A DNA stretch of 53,129 nucleotides from Enterovirga sp. (GTDB taxonomy: Bacteria > Pseudomonadota > Alphaproteobacteria > Rhizobiales > Beijerinckiaceae): the NCBI GenBank assembly GCA_028290695.1, contig JAQGJJ010000158.1, positions 1 through 53,129 of the forward strand, in the 5' to 3' direction. Positions 8,235 to 18,744 of the stretch are shown piece by piece (positions within the stretch are counted from its first letter, which is position 1; every line of letters begins with the position of its first letter). The notes beneath the pieces are model-generated. The model searched no databases and had not been told where the DNA came from. It was given only the letters and a program-made list of their open reading frames with translations. The position numbers were made by a program, and so were the translations under genes.

Positions 8235-8537
8235 CTAGTAGAAACCGCGACGGTAATACCCGCCGCCCCAATACGGCCGCGGCCGGTAGTACGGACGGCC
8301 GTAGAACCGCGGGCGGGCATAGTAGCGCGGGCGACCGTAGAAGCGGGGCCGGCCGTAGTAGCGCGGCCGGTAATAGCCCCGACGGTAGTGGCGCCGCTGC
8401 GTGAACTCCGCCGGGACGCCGGCGAAACGCTCGGCGAGCGAAACGCTCGGCCCGGATGCTTCAGCGGCCCGGCCCGGGGCCGGACTCACCAGGAACGCGG
8501 CCGCCAGAGCGGCGACCGCCAACAGAATGCGTCTCAT
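8235..8537 (-). CDS. Secreted Arg/Tyr/Gly-rich repeat peptide (100 aa)
   Basis: AAGGA RBS and signal peptide MRRILLAVAALAAAFLVSPAPGRA. C-terminal core carries RPR[YF]Y[GA] repeats. Confidence 0.8.
   Translation of the reverse strand: MRRILLAVAALAAAFLVSPAPGRAAEASGPSVSLAERFAGVPAEFTQRRHYRRGYYRPRYYGRPRFYGRPRYYARPRFYGRPYYRPRPYWGGGYYRRGFY
8281..8376 (-). repeat. Degenerate 18-nt coding tandem repeat (RPRYYG/RPRFYG/RPRYYA/RPRFYG)
   Basis: Four full hexapeptide units plus partial ones. Synonymous positions vary between units. Boundaries approximate. Confidence 0.7.
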
Positions 8538-8630
8538 CGGATGTCCTTGTTTCAACGCCGCCTCCCGCTCCATCATCACGCGGGCGGCCGGCCCGTCAAC
8601 GACGAAGCCGTCTGGCGGGGTTCCGCACCA

Positions 8631-10052
8631 TCACGATCTCGGCGCGCGCGCGATGCGGAGCATGTTGGTCGCGCCGGGTGTCCCGAGCGGCACGCCGGCC
8701 ACGACCACGACCCGGTCGCCCGGCTCCGCGAAGGCTTCGCTGACCGCGGTTGCGCAGGCATGTTCGACCAGTGTCTCCAGGTCGTGGGCCTCCTCCGTCA
8801 CGAAGGGGTGGATGCCCCAGACGAGGGCGAGGCGGCGCGCGGTGGCGATGTGCGGCGAGATCGCGATCACGGGCGGCTTCGGGCGCTCGCGCGCGACCCG
8901 AAGCGCGGTCGCGCCCGAGGAGGTGCCGCACACGATGGCGGCCATCTCGAGATATTCCGCCATCTCGCGCGCCGCAGCCGCGATGGCGTCGGCGCCGGTC
9001 GATTCGGGAGCGGATCGCTGGTTGGCGATGACCGACCGGTAGGTCGGATCGCGCTCGACCTCTTCGGCGATGCGGTTCATCGTGCCGACCGCCTCCACGG
9101 GATATCGGCCGGCCGCGCTTTCGGCCGACAGCATGACGGCATCGGCGCCCTCGAAGATCGCGGTCGCCACGTCCGACACCTCGGCCCGGGTCGGCACCGG
9201 GCTCGCGATCATCGATTCCAGCATCTGGGTTGCCACGATCACCGGCTTCCCGGACCTTCGGCACGCACGGGTGATGCGCTTCTGCGTGCCGGGTACGCTT
9301 TCGAGCGGCATCTCGACCCCGAGATCCCCGCGCGCCACCATGATGGCGTCGGCGAAATCCATGATCTCGTCCAGGCGGGCCACGCCCTGCGGCTTCTCGA
9401 TCTTGGCCATCACGCCGGCCGCGCCCCGGGCGACCTTCTTCACCTCCGCGATATCCTCCGGCCGCTGCACGAAGGACACCGCGATCCAGTCGACCCCGAC
9501 ATGCAGGGCCGCCTCGAGGTCCGACCGGTCCTTGGCCGTCATCGCCGAGACCGGAATGGTGGTGTCGGGCACGGACACGCCCTTGCGGTCCGACACGGAG
9601 CCGCCGACGATCACCCGGGTGACCGCGCGCCCGTGGCCGACCTCCGTCGCGAGCAGCCGGACCTTGCCGTCGTCGATCAGCAGCGTGTCGCCGACCCGCA
9701 GGGAATCCAGGATCTCCGGGTGCGGCAGGTGAACCCGGTGGGTGTCGCCCGGCGCGGGATCGCCGTCCAGAACGAAGGACTGCCCGGCGGCCAGGGTCGC
9801 ACGGCTTTCGGCAAAGGTGCCGACCCGCAGCTTCGGTCCCTGCAGGTCGGCCAGGATGCCGATGGGCCTGCCGTATTCCGCCTCGACGCTCCGGATGGTG
9901 CGGACGAGCTCGCCCAGCAGGGCGTGCGAGGTGTGGCTCATGTTGATGCGAAACACGTCGGCGCCGGCCACGAACAGGCGGCCGATCACCTCCGCGGTGG
10001 AGGACGCGGGTCCCAACGTCGCCACGATCCGGGTCCGCCTGCGCCGCCGCAT
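8631..10052 (-). CDS. pyk: Pyruvate kinase
   Basis: RTRIVATLGPAS, FRINMSH, DLQGPKLR, AKIEKP, IMVARGDLGVE, ATQMLESM, MLSAESAAG. Confidence 0.95.
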   Translation of the reverse strand: MRRRRRTRIVATLGPASSTAEVIGRLFVAGADVFRINMSHTSHALLGELVRTIRSVEAEYGRPIGILADLQGPKLRVGTFAESRATLAAGQSFVLDGDPAPGDTHRVHLPHPEILDSLRVGDTLLIDDGKVRLLATEVGHGRAVTRVIVGGSVSDRKGVSVPDTTIPVSAMTAKDRSDLEAALHVGVDWIAVSFVQRPEDIAEVKKVARGAAGVMAKIEKPQGVARLDEIMDFADAIMVARGDLGVEMPLESVPGTQKRITRACRRSGKPVIVATQMLESMIASPVPTRAEVSDVATAIFEGADAVMLSAESAAGRYPVEAVGTMNRIAEEVERDPTYRSVIANQRSAPESTGADAIAAAAREMAEYLEMAAIVCGTSSGATALRVARERPKPPVIAISPHIATARRLALVWGIHPFVTEEAHDLETLVEHACATAVSEAFAEPGDRVVVVAGVPLGTPGATNMLRIARAPRS

Positions 10053-10106
10053 GATTCCCCCTCGCGCCAACGCCGCAGAGTTGCAGCGCAGGATGGCTGC
10101 GGCAAG

Positions 10107-10739
10107 TCAGGGCCACCGGAATAGGCCGGACAGCCGGGGCCCGGGCTGCCCGGGCCCCTCGCACAGGTCCAGGACATCGGCCGCGTCGCGGGCGGCCGCC
10201 ACGATCCAGTGCTCGATGGTGAAATGACGGCCCCCGGCCAGGAGGAGGGCGGCCGCGAGCCCGACCGCGAAGGGCAGAATGGGGACGGCCGGCCGGCCGG
10301 CGCGCGCATGCATCACGGCGAACACGGCAAGTGCGGCCGCCCCGATGGCGAACCCGAAGGCGACCTCCTCGGCCGAATGGTAGCCCGGCACCACGCGGCT
10401 GACGCCGACAGCCGCGACCAGGATGGCGACCGCGCCCCCCGCCGCCCACCTCACGAGGAGGCTGCGACCGGCGCACAGCATGATCCCGACGCAGCCGTAG
10501 AACAGGACGGCGAAGCTGACGTGACCGCTCGGGCTCACGATCTCCAGAGCCGGAACGGAGGAGCCGCAGGCCCGAAACAGCAGCTTCGCCCCGACGGTCG
10601 CGGTGAGCCCGAGCCCCATCGCGACCCCGAAGGCGCGCAGCAGCGCCCAGCGGGTCGTGACCGCGAGATAGCCCATCAGCAGAAACGAGGCCGGAAGGAG
10701 GAGCGCCGCATCCCCGAGGCTCGACACGATGCGGGTCAC
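10107..10739 (-). CDS. PAP2 family membrane phosphatase
   Basis: GTG start with GAAGGA RBS. Motifs K..R, SPSGH and SRVVPGYHS, plus several TM segments. Confidence 0.8.
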   Translation of the reverse strand: MTRIVSSLGDAALLLPASFLLMGYLAVTTRWALLRAFGVAMGLGLTATVGAKLLFRACGSSVPALEIVSPSGHVSFAVLFYGCVGIMLCAGRSLLVRWAAGGAVAILVAAVGVSRVVPGYHSAEEVAFGFAIGAAALAVFAVMHARAGRPAVPILPFAVGLAAALLLAGGRHFTIEHWIVAAARDAADVLDLCEGPGQPGPRLSGLFRWP

Positions 10740-10804
10740 GTCGTCCTTCCGGGCGGTGAACGCCGCCCAGCCGCGCTGATTACCCCCATCGTGTCGGCCG
10801 GCCC

Positions 10805-10819
10805 TTAACCCCGGCCTAA
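10805..10819. promoter_or_regulatory. CtrA-box-like motif TTAA-N7-CTAA in a divergent promoter region
   Basis: TTAA CCCCGGC CTAA, one mismatch from TTAA-N7-TTAA, in the AT-richer spacer between the PAP2 and SGNH genes. Confidence 0.4.
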
Positions 10820-10880
10820 TCCCGCTTGCGCGTAAAAGTTGTGATCGTCTATCTAGCGCTCGTATTACGCGAGTTGGTTG

Positions 10881-11807
10881 ATGGCCGCACAACCGCGCGC
10901 TCGATCCCGAACCCGTCGATGGATCTGGCTCCCGCTCGGGGCGCTGGCACTGCTCGGCGGCGCCGAGGCGGCAGCCCGTCTGTCCGGCGTGGCGGACGTG
11001 CCGCTCTACGTCGCGGGAGGCGAGCTCGGGTATATTCCGGCGCCGAACCAGAGCGGGGCGTTTCTTCGCACACGCGACTGGGTGTTCAACGAGCTCAGCA
11101 TGGGCACGACCCGGTTCGCGCCCGACCCGGCCTGCAACGTCCTGCTGGTCGGTGACAGCATCGTGCTGGGCGGCAACCCCTATCGCCAGGCGGACAAGCT
11201 CGGCCCCCAGCTCGAGCGTCGGATCGCGTGCCGGGTCTGGCCGATCTCGGCGGGCAGCTGGGCGCTCCTCAACGAGCTCATCTATCTCGAGATGCACCAC
11301 TCCGACGTGGTCGAGCGCGTCCAGCAGGTCGTGATCGTGTCGAACTCGGGCGATTTCGCCGAGCCGTCGGCGTGGCGCTCGGACCTGACCCATCCGAGAA
11401 CACGGCCGCTCTCGGCCTTCCTGTACGGGCTCCGCCGCTACGCCTTTCGGTCCGGGGAGGAGCCCGCGCCGGCCGTTTCTCAGCGGGACTGGACGGCCGA
11501 GTGGCGTCGCCGCCTCGGCGATCTTCTCGCGCGGGTCGCGGCGCCGGTCGCCGTGGTCCTGTATCCCGACCGTTCGGAGCAGGCCCAGCCGGATTCCTAC
11601 GAGGCGCATCTCGGCGGGCCGCGCGCCGCCCTGCGGCAGGCCGGCGTGACGACACTGGTCGAGCTCGGAGCCGACCCGCGCTGGAACGGCTCGCTCTACC
11701 GCGACGACATCCACCCGACCCCGGCCGGCACGGCGATCCTGGCCGATGTCGTCGCGGACGCGCTGGCAGGGCAAGGCGTCGCGAGACGCCCCGGCGCGGC
11801 CAACTGA
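10881..11807 (+). CDS. Membrane-anchored SGNH/GDSL hydrolase-like protein
   Basis: N-terminal TM (WIWLPLGALALLGGAEAAARL), block I VLLVGDS and block V DDIHP. Confidence 0.75.
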   Translation: MAAQPRARSRTRRWIWLPLGALALLGGAEAAARLSGVADVPLYVAGGELGYIPAPNQSGAFLRTRDWVFNELSMGTTRFAPDPACNVLLVGDSIVLGGNPYRQADKLGPQLERRIACRVWPISAGSWALLNELIYLEMHHSDVVERVQQVVIVSNSGDFAEPSAWRSDLTHPRTRPLSAFLYGLRRYAFRSGEEPAPAVSQRDWTAEWRRRLGDLLARVAAPVAVVLYPDRSEQAQPDSYEAHLGGPRAALRQAGVTTLVELGADPRWNGSLYRDDIHPTPAGTAILADVVADALAGQGVARRPGAAN

Positions 11808-11889
11808 TCGGGATAACGGCGCGTCATCTGCTTGGTCCGGACGCCGCCTGCCCGTAACGGTGGGCGGGGCAGGCCACGGAGACCGATCG

Positions 11890-14241
11890 TTGATCTCGCA
11901 TTTGCCGGACGAAGCCGGGGCCGGCGCCTCGGGCCCGGAACGTGGACGCTCGCGGCGGCGCCTGGAGGATGGGCGCTTCCTGACCGGGACGGGGCGCTAT
12001 GTCGACGACATCGACGCGCCCGGGCAGCTCTTCGGCCATGTGCTGCGCTCGCCGATCGCGCATGGCCTGATCCGGTCCATCGACGTCGCCGAGGCGGCTG
12101 CGATGCCGGGGGTCGCGGCGGTGTACACCGCGGCCGATCTCGCCCGGGAGGGGATCGGCGGCCTGCCCTGCACCGTACAGGTCGCCTCCGTGCCGCAACC
12201 CGTCAGGCCGCCCCGTACAGCCCTGGCGGACGGTCGGGTGCGGCACGTCGGCGATCCCGTCGCCTTCGTGGTCGCGGGCACGCCCGAGGCGGCGCGCGAC
12301 GCCGCGGAGCGCATCGCGGTCGCGTACGAAGACCTGCCGTCCGTCACGGACGCCCTGTCGGCGCTGGAGCCGCGCGCGCCCCTGGTCTGGCAGGAGGCGC
12401 CCGGCAACCTGTGCTTCCGGTTCGAGAAGGGGGACCGCGCGGCGGTCGAGGCTGCGCTGGCGGGCTCGCACGCGGTTGTCGAGCTCGTGCTCGAGAACAA
12501 CCGCATCGTGGCCGCGCCCATCGAGCCGCGCGCCGCGATCGGCCGCTACGAGGCCGAGACGGAGTCCTTCGAGCTGATCCTGACCGGGCAGGGCGTGCAC
12601 GACATGCGCCGCCATCTCGCCGAGCACGTCTTCGGCATTCCGGAGCACCGCATCCGGCTCATCGCGCCCGATGTCGGGGGCGGCTTCGGGCCGAAGAACG
12701 TGCTCTATCCGGAATGGGTGCTGGTGCTGTTCGCGGCCCGGCGGCTCGGACGCCCGGTCCGCTGGGTTTCGGACAGGAGCGAGGACTTCCTGTCCTCGGC
12801 GCATGCGCGGGACAACCGGACGCGGGCCCATCTCGGGCTGGATCGGGACGGGCGCTTCCTCGCCCTGAAGGTCGACACGGCGGCCGACATGGGCGCCTAC
12901 CTGTCAGCCTTCGGGCCAGCCATCCCGACCAACTCGGCCGCCACCGCGATGGGCGGCGTCTACGCGATCCCGGCGATCTTCATGGAGGTGCGGGGCGCCT
13001 TCACCAACACCGTCCCGGTCGACGCGTATCGCGGGGCGGGCAAGCCGGAAGCGAACTACATCGTCGAACGCCTGGTGGATCTCGCGGCGCGGCGGCTGGC
13101 GATCGACCCTGCGGAGCTGCGCCGGCGCAACATGATCGCGTCGTTCCCGTACCGGAGCGCGCTCGGCATGGACGTCGAGCCGGGCGCCTTCGCGGCCAAT
13201 CTCGACACGGCGCTCGCGGTCGCCGATCGCGACGGCTTCGAGCGACGGCGGGCTGAGGCGGCCGGGCGGAGCCGGCTGCGCGGCTTCGGCCTCGCCTGCT
13301 TCCTCGAGACCGCCCGCGGACAGCCCGGGGAATCCGCCGGCTTGCGCTTCGAGCCGGACGGGACCGTCAGCCTGATCCTCGGCACCCAGTCCAACGGGCA
13401 GGGGCACGAGACCACGTTTCCGCAGATCGCCGCAGACCTGCTCGGCCTTCCGGTCGAGTGCTTCAGGCTGATCCAGGCCGATACCGGGCTCGTGCCGAAG
13501 GGCGGGGGCCATGGCGGGGCGCGCTCCCTCCACCAGGGCGGAGCCGCGCTGGTTCGGGCGATCGAAGCCGTGCTCGGCAAGGCCCGCACCATCGCCGGAC
13601 GGCTGCTGCAAGCGGATCCCGCCGAGCTGGTCTTCCGGGACGGCGGCTTCGAGACCGCCGACGGCGCACGCCGCATCGACCTCCCGTCCGTCGCGGCCGC
13701 GGCCGCGGATCCGGAGCAGATCTCGCCGGGAACCGAGCCCGGCTCCCTCGAGAGCTACGTCGACAATCCGCTCGACCTCGTCACCTTCCCGAACGGCTGC
13801 CACGTGGCGGAGGTCGAGATCGACCCGGAGACGGGGCAGGTCGAGCTCCTGGCCTACACGGCGGTCGACGATTTCGGGACCATCATCAACCCGCTCCTGA
13901 CCGAAGGGCAGATCCAGGGCGGTGTGGTGCAGGGCATCGGCCAGGCGCTGCACGAGCGCACCGCCTACGACCCGGGATCGGGCCAGCTGATCAGCGCCTC
14001 CTTCATGGATTACGGCCTGCCGCGGGCCGCCGACCTGCCGCCGCTCGACATCCGGTTCAACGGCGTGCCGAGCGGCGCCAACCCGCTCGGCGTGAAAGGC
14101 TCGGGCCAGGCAGGCTGCATCGCGGCTCCGCAGACCATCATGCACGCCGTCCTGGACGCGCTCGCGCCGCTCGGGATCGAGACGATGGACATGCCGGCGA
14201 CGCCGGACCGGATCTGGAAGGCGATCCGGGACGCCGGCTGA
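11890..14241 (+). CDS. Xanthine dehydrogenase family molybdopterin-binding subunit (CoxL form II-like)
   Basis: RRLED.RFLTGTGRYVDD, DVGGGFG, AYRGAGKPEA, GQGHETT, EVEIDPETG, NPLGVKG. Start uncertain; TTG 11890 follows GGAG. Confidence 0.9.
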   Translation: MISHLPDEAGAGASGPERGRSRRRLEDGRFLTGTGRYVDDIDAPGQLFGHVLRSPIAHGLIRSIDVAEAAAMPGVAAVYTAADLAREGIGGLPCTVQVASVPQPVRPPRTALADGRVRHVGDPVAFVVAGTPEAARDAAERIAVAYEDLPSVTDALSALEPRAPLVWQEAPGNLCFRFEKGDRAAVEAALAGSHAVVELVLENNRIVAAPIEPRAAIGRYEAETESFELILTGQGVHDMRRHLAEHVFGIPEHRIRLIAPDVGGGFGPKNVLYPEWVLVLFAARRLGRPVRWVSDRSEDFLSSAHARDNRTRAHLGLDRDGRFLALKVDTAADMGAYLSAFGPAIPTNSAATAMGGVYAIPAIFMEVRGAFTNTVPVDAYRGAGKPEANYIVERLVDLAARRLAIDPAELRRRNMIASFPYRSALGMDVEPGAFAANLDTALAVADRDGFERRRAEAAGRSRLRGFGLACFLETARGQPGESAGLRFEPDGTVSLILGTQSNGQGHETTFPQIAADLLGLPVECFRLIQADTGLVPKGGGHGGARSLHQGGAALVRAIEAVLGKARTIAGRLLQADPAELVFRDGGFETADGARRIDLPSVAAAAADPEQISPGTEPGSLESYVDNPLDLVTFPNGCHVAEVEIDPETGQVELLAYTAVDDFGTIINPLLTEGQIQGGVVQGIGQALHERTAYDPGSGQLISASFMDYGLPRAADLPPLDIRFNGVPSGANPLGVKGSGQAGCIAAPQTIMHAVLDALAPLGIETMDMPATPDRIWKAIRDAG

Positions 14242-14307
14242 CGCGCTTCGTTTCGCGCCGGCGCCCGGCTATGAGGCACGTCCGCGCCGGCAGCCACCGA
14301 GTCGTCC

Positions 14308-15177
14308 TTGTCCCGTCCTGTCGTCGAATGCGTGCTCGGCATCGCGCTCCTGTCCGTCATGGACGCGCTCATCAAGGAGCTCGTCGGCGGGCTTCCGGTC
14401 GTTGAGGTGGCGTTTCTGCGCTACGTCGCCGGGTCGGTCCTGATGAGCGGTGTCGCGGCCGTGACCCGCCCGGGCGTGCCGCGCCGCGATACTGTGATCG
14501 CCAACGCGCTGCGGGCCGTCCTGGTTGTCGTGACCGCGGTGGCGTTCTTCCATGCCCTCGGCGTGCTCCCGCTCGCCGAAACGCTGGCGCTGTCCTTCGT
14601 GTCGCCGCTGTTCACGGCGGTGCTGGCGGTTCTGCTTCTGCGCGAGCGCCTGAGCGCCGGCATCATCGGGGCGATCGCGGTCGGGTTCGGGGGCGTGCTC
14701 GTGATCATCCTGGGGAGCTACGGGCCCGGCAGCGCCGCCGCTCCGGTCGCAGACTCCGCCACGGCCCTCCTCGGCGTGGCGGCCGTGCTGATCTCGGCCT
14801 TCACCTATGCGGCCTCGAACGTGCTGCTGCGGGCGCGCGCCCAGCGCGACCCGGTCGTGCTGATCGTGCTGATCCAGAACATCGCGCCCGCCGCCATGCT
14901 GGCCCTCCCGGCCTGGTACGTGTGGCGTGCGCCGAGCGGCACGGAGGCGATGCTGCTCGGCCTCGTGGGGCTGCTCGGCACGGGCGGGCACCTCCTGCTG
15001 GCCCGTGCCTACGCCAAGGCGGAGGCCGTGCGGCTCGCGCCCCTGGAATACACCGCGCTGATCTGGGCCGTCGCCCTCGGCTTCTTCGCCTTTGCCGAGG
15101 TCCCGACCATGTGGGCTCTGCTCGGTTCGGCCCTGATCGTATTCGGGGCGTATGCGGGCTCGCGGCCCCGACGCTGA
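14308..15177 (+). CDS. DMT/EamA family transporter
   Basis: About 10 TM helices in two EamA repeats (LPLAETLALSFVSPLF..LLLRER; APLEYTALIWA..FAEVP). Start uncertain. Confidence 0.85.
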   Translation: MSRPVVECVLGIALLSVMDALIKELVGGLPVVEVAFLRYVAGSVLMSGVAAVTRPGVPRRDTVIANALRAVLVVVTAVAFFHALGVLPLAETLALSFVSPLFTAVLAVLLLRERLSAGIIGAIAVGFGGVLVIILGSYGPGSAAAPVADSATALLGVAAVLISAFTYAASNVLLRARAQRDPVVLIVLIQNIAPAAMLALPAWYVWRAPSGTEAMLLGLVGLLGTGGHLLLARAYAKAEAVRLAPLEYTALIWAVALGFFAFAEVPTMWALLGSALIVFGAYAGSRPRR

Positions 15178-15785
15178 TGCGAAACCGCCGTCCGCCTGCG
15201 GCTTCGCACGCCGGTTTCGCTCCCGTTTCTTCGCCGGATCCCGGCGAGACACCCCGGCCGACCCTGCTGGAGCTGTTCGGCGGCTTCACCCGGATCGCGG
15301 CCTTCGCGTTCGGGGGCGTGCTGCCCTGGGCGCGGTTCGTCCTGGTCGAGCGCCGCAAGTGGCTGACCGCGGACGAGTTCACCGACATGCTGGCCCTGTG
15401 CCAGCTCCTGCCCGGCCCGAACATCGTCAACATGTCGGTCGCGATCGGCGGCCGCTTCCGGGGCCCGGCCGGCGCGGTCGTGTCCGTGCTCGGCCTTATG
15501 ATGCTGCCCACCGCGATCGTGCTGTGCCTCGGCGCCTTCTACGCGCGCTTCGCCGACGTGCCGGCGGTCGGGAACGCGCTCACCGCCATGGGGGCGGCGG
15601 CCGCGGGTCTCGTGATCGCGATGGCGGCCAAGATCGGGGAGCCGGTGCTGCGCCGTCGCTTCCTGTCGGCGGCCCCGTTCGTGCTCGCGACCTTTGTGGC
15701 CGTTGCCATCCTGCGGCTCCCGCTCTGGCCGGTGATCCTTGCGCTCGCGCCGCTCGCGATCGCGGCCGCCTGGAGGCTGCGGTGA
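15177..15785 (+). CDS. Short-chain chromate transporter (CHR), first subunit
   Basis: FAFGG, ERRKWLTADEF, CQLLPGPN. ATG overlaps the DMT stop (TGATG). Confidence 0.85.
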   Translation: MRNRRPPAASHAGFAPVSSPDPGETPRPTLLELFGGFTRIAAFAFGGVLPWARFVLVERRKWLTADEFTDMLALCQLLPGPNIVNMSVAIGGRFRGPAGAVVSVLGLMMLPTAIVLCLGAFYARFADVPAVGNALTAMGAAAAGLVIAMAAKIGEPVLRRRFLSAAPFVLATFVAVAILRLPLWPVILALAPLAIAAAWRLR

Positions 15786-16309
15786 GCGGCCCCGTCCTGG
15801 CGACGCTCGGCTGGCGCTTCCTGGTGATGGCCTTTCTGGCCATCGGTGGCGCGAACGCGGTTGTTCCCGAGATGCACCGGCAGGTCGTGGAGGTGGAACG
15901 CTGGATGAGCAGCGGCGAGTTCGCCGCGTTGTTCGCCCTTTCCAACGCGGCGCCCGGGCCGAATGTCCTCATCGTGACGCTGGTCGGGTGGCATGTGGCC
16001 GGCGTCGCGGGCGCGCTCGTCGCGACGGCCGCCATGATCGTGCCCACGGGCCTTCTCACCTACGGGGTGTTCGCATTCTGGACTCGGCTGCGCGAGGTGC
16101 CCTGGAGCCGCCCGGTCCAGAACGGGCTCGCGGCGCTCACGATCGGCCTCGTTGCGGCTTCCGGGTTCCTGCTCGCCCGCGCCGCCGATACCGGCTGGGT
16201 CACCACGGCCATTACGGTCGTCACGGCCCTTGTGAGCTACCGGACCCGGCTCAACCCGCTTTGGGCCTTCGCAGTCGCGGCCGCGATCGGTGCAGCCGGG
16301 CTCACGTGA
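15782..16309 (+). CDS. Short-chain chromate transporter (CHR), second subunit
   Basis: FLAIGG, QVVEVERWMS..EF, SNAAPGPN. GTGA overlap with the upstream stop. Confidence 0.85.
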   Translation: MSGPVLATLGWRFLVMAFLAIGGANAVVPEMHRQVVEVERWMSSGEFAALFALSNAAPGPNVLIVTLVGWHVAGVAGALVATAAMIVPTGLLTYGVFAFWTRLREVPWSRPVQNGLAALTIGLVAASGFLLARAADTGWVTTAITVVTALVSYRTRLNPLWAFAVAAAIGAAGLT

Positions 16310-16523
16310 CCACCGGTGGCCCATCCTTCCGGTGTGGTTAACCCATCAGCATCAGCAGGTTGGGGCGCGAATCCGATCACGCCCGCGGCCCGGCGTCCGG
16401 GGGCGTCGACAGGGTCGTTGAACCCCGCCGGGGGAGCCTCTACATGACAGTTGCGCGCGCCGTCCGGGTATTGCCCGACGCCGCAAGACGTTCCGCCGGC
16501 TCCGCGGAATCCGCTCATCACCT

Positions 16524-16552
16524 CTTGACCGACACACTGTCCGGGACTATGT
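16524..16552 (+). promoter_or_regulatory. groESL promoter CTTGAC-N17-CTATGT (RpoD/RpoH-type)
   Basis: One mismatch from the rhizobial consensus CTTGAC-N17-CTATAT, directly upstream of the CIRCE element. Confidence 0.7.
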
Positions 16553-16563
16553 CGCGGTTGGCC

Positions 16564-16590
16564 TTGGCACTCTCCTGGTGGGAGTGCTAA
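16564..16590 (+). promoter_or_regulatory. CIRCE element (HrcA operator)
   Basis: TTGGCACTC-TCCTGGTGG-GAGTGCTAA, against consensus TTAGCACTC-N9-GAGTGCTAA, upstream of groES. Confidence 0.93.
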
Positions 16591-16640
16591 ACCAAGGCGA
16601 AGGCGGCTCCCGCCGCATCCACGACATCATGAGGTCTCGC

Positions 16641-16952
16641 ATGAATTTCCGGCCGCTGCACGACCGCGTCGTCGTTCGCCGCATCGAAAGCGAAGAGAAG
16701 ACGAAGGGCGGCATCATCATCCCGGATACCGCCAAGGAGAAGCCCCAGGAGGGCGAGATCGTTGCCGTCGGCCCCGGCGCCCGCGACGAGAACGGCAAGA
16801 TCAACCCCCTCGACGTGAAGGCCGGTGACCGCATCCTGTTCGGAAAGTGGTCCGGCACCGAGGTCAAGATCGATGGCCAGGATCTCCTCATCATGAAGGA
16901 ATCCGACATCATGGGCATCATCGAAGGTCAGGCTCTCGCGAAGGCCGCGTAA
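16641..16952 (+). CDS. groES: Co-chaperonin GroES
   Basis: [40 protein letters not shown]. Confidence 0.97.
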   Translation: MNFRPLHDRVVVRRIESEEKTKGGIIIPDTAKEKPQEGEIVAVGPGARDENGKINPLDVKAGDRILFGKWSGTEVKIDGQDLLIMKESDIMGIIEGQALAKAA

Positions 16953-16989
16953 GCGCCTCCGCACTCGTCCATTCCATCAACTCATCTGA

Positions 16990-18651
<1,662 letters not shown>

Positions 18652-18744
18652 GGAAGTCCGTTCGCCGAAGGGCGTCACCCAGGTCCGGCCTGCCGGGCCT
18701 GGGGTTCAAGTCCAGCCTCTCGGCCCCTGGTCAGAGAGCACGGG

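Noticed and set aside
8281-8376. CRISPR-like or non-coding repeat array
   Set aside because: The 18-nt units are contiguous, have no spacers and vary at third codon positions, so this is a coding repeat.
8598-8624. EcfG promoter for the RPRYYG peptide gene (GGAAC-N18-CGTT, minus strand)
   Set aside because: Both boxes are perfect, but the spacer is 18 nt rather than 16-17. Left uncalled pending TSS data.
11890-14241. Aerobic CO dehydrogenase (form I CoxL)
   Set aside because: It lacks the AYXCSFR Cu-binding motif, and no coxM, coxS or accessory genes are present.
18678-18738. Possible tRNA or attachment-site remnant (GGTTCAAGTCC)
   Set aside because: Only a 2-bp T-stem, with no D-arm, acceptor stem or CCA end, and no integrase nearby.
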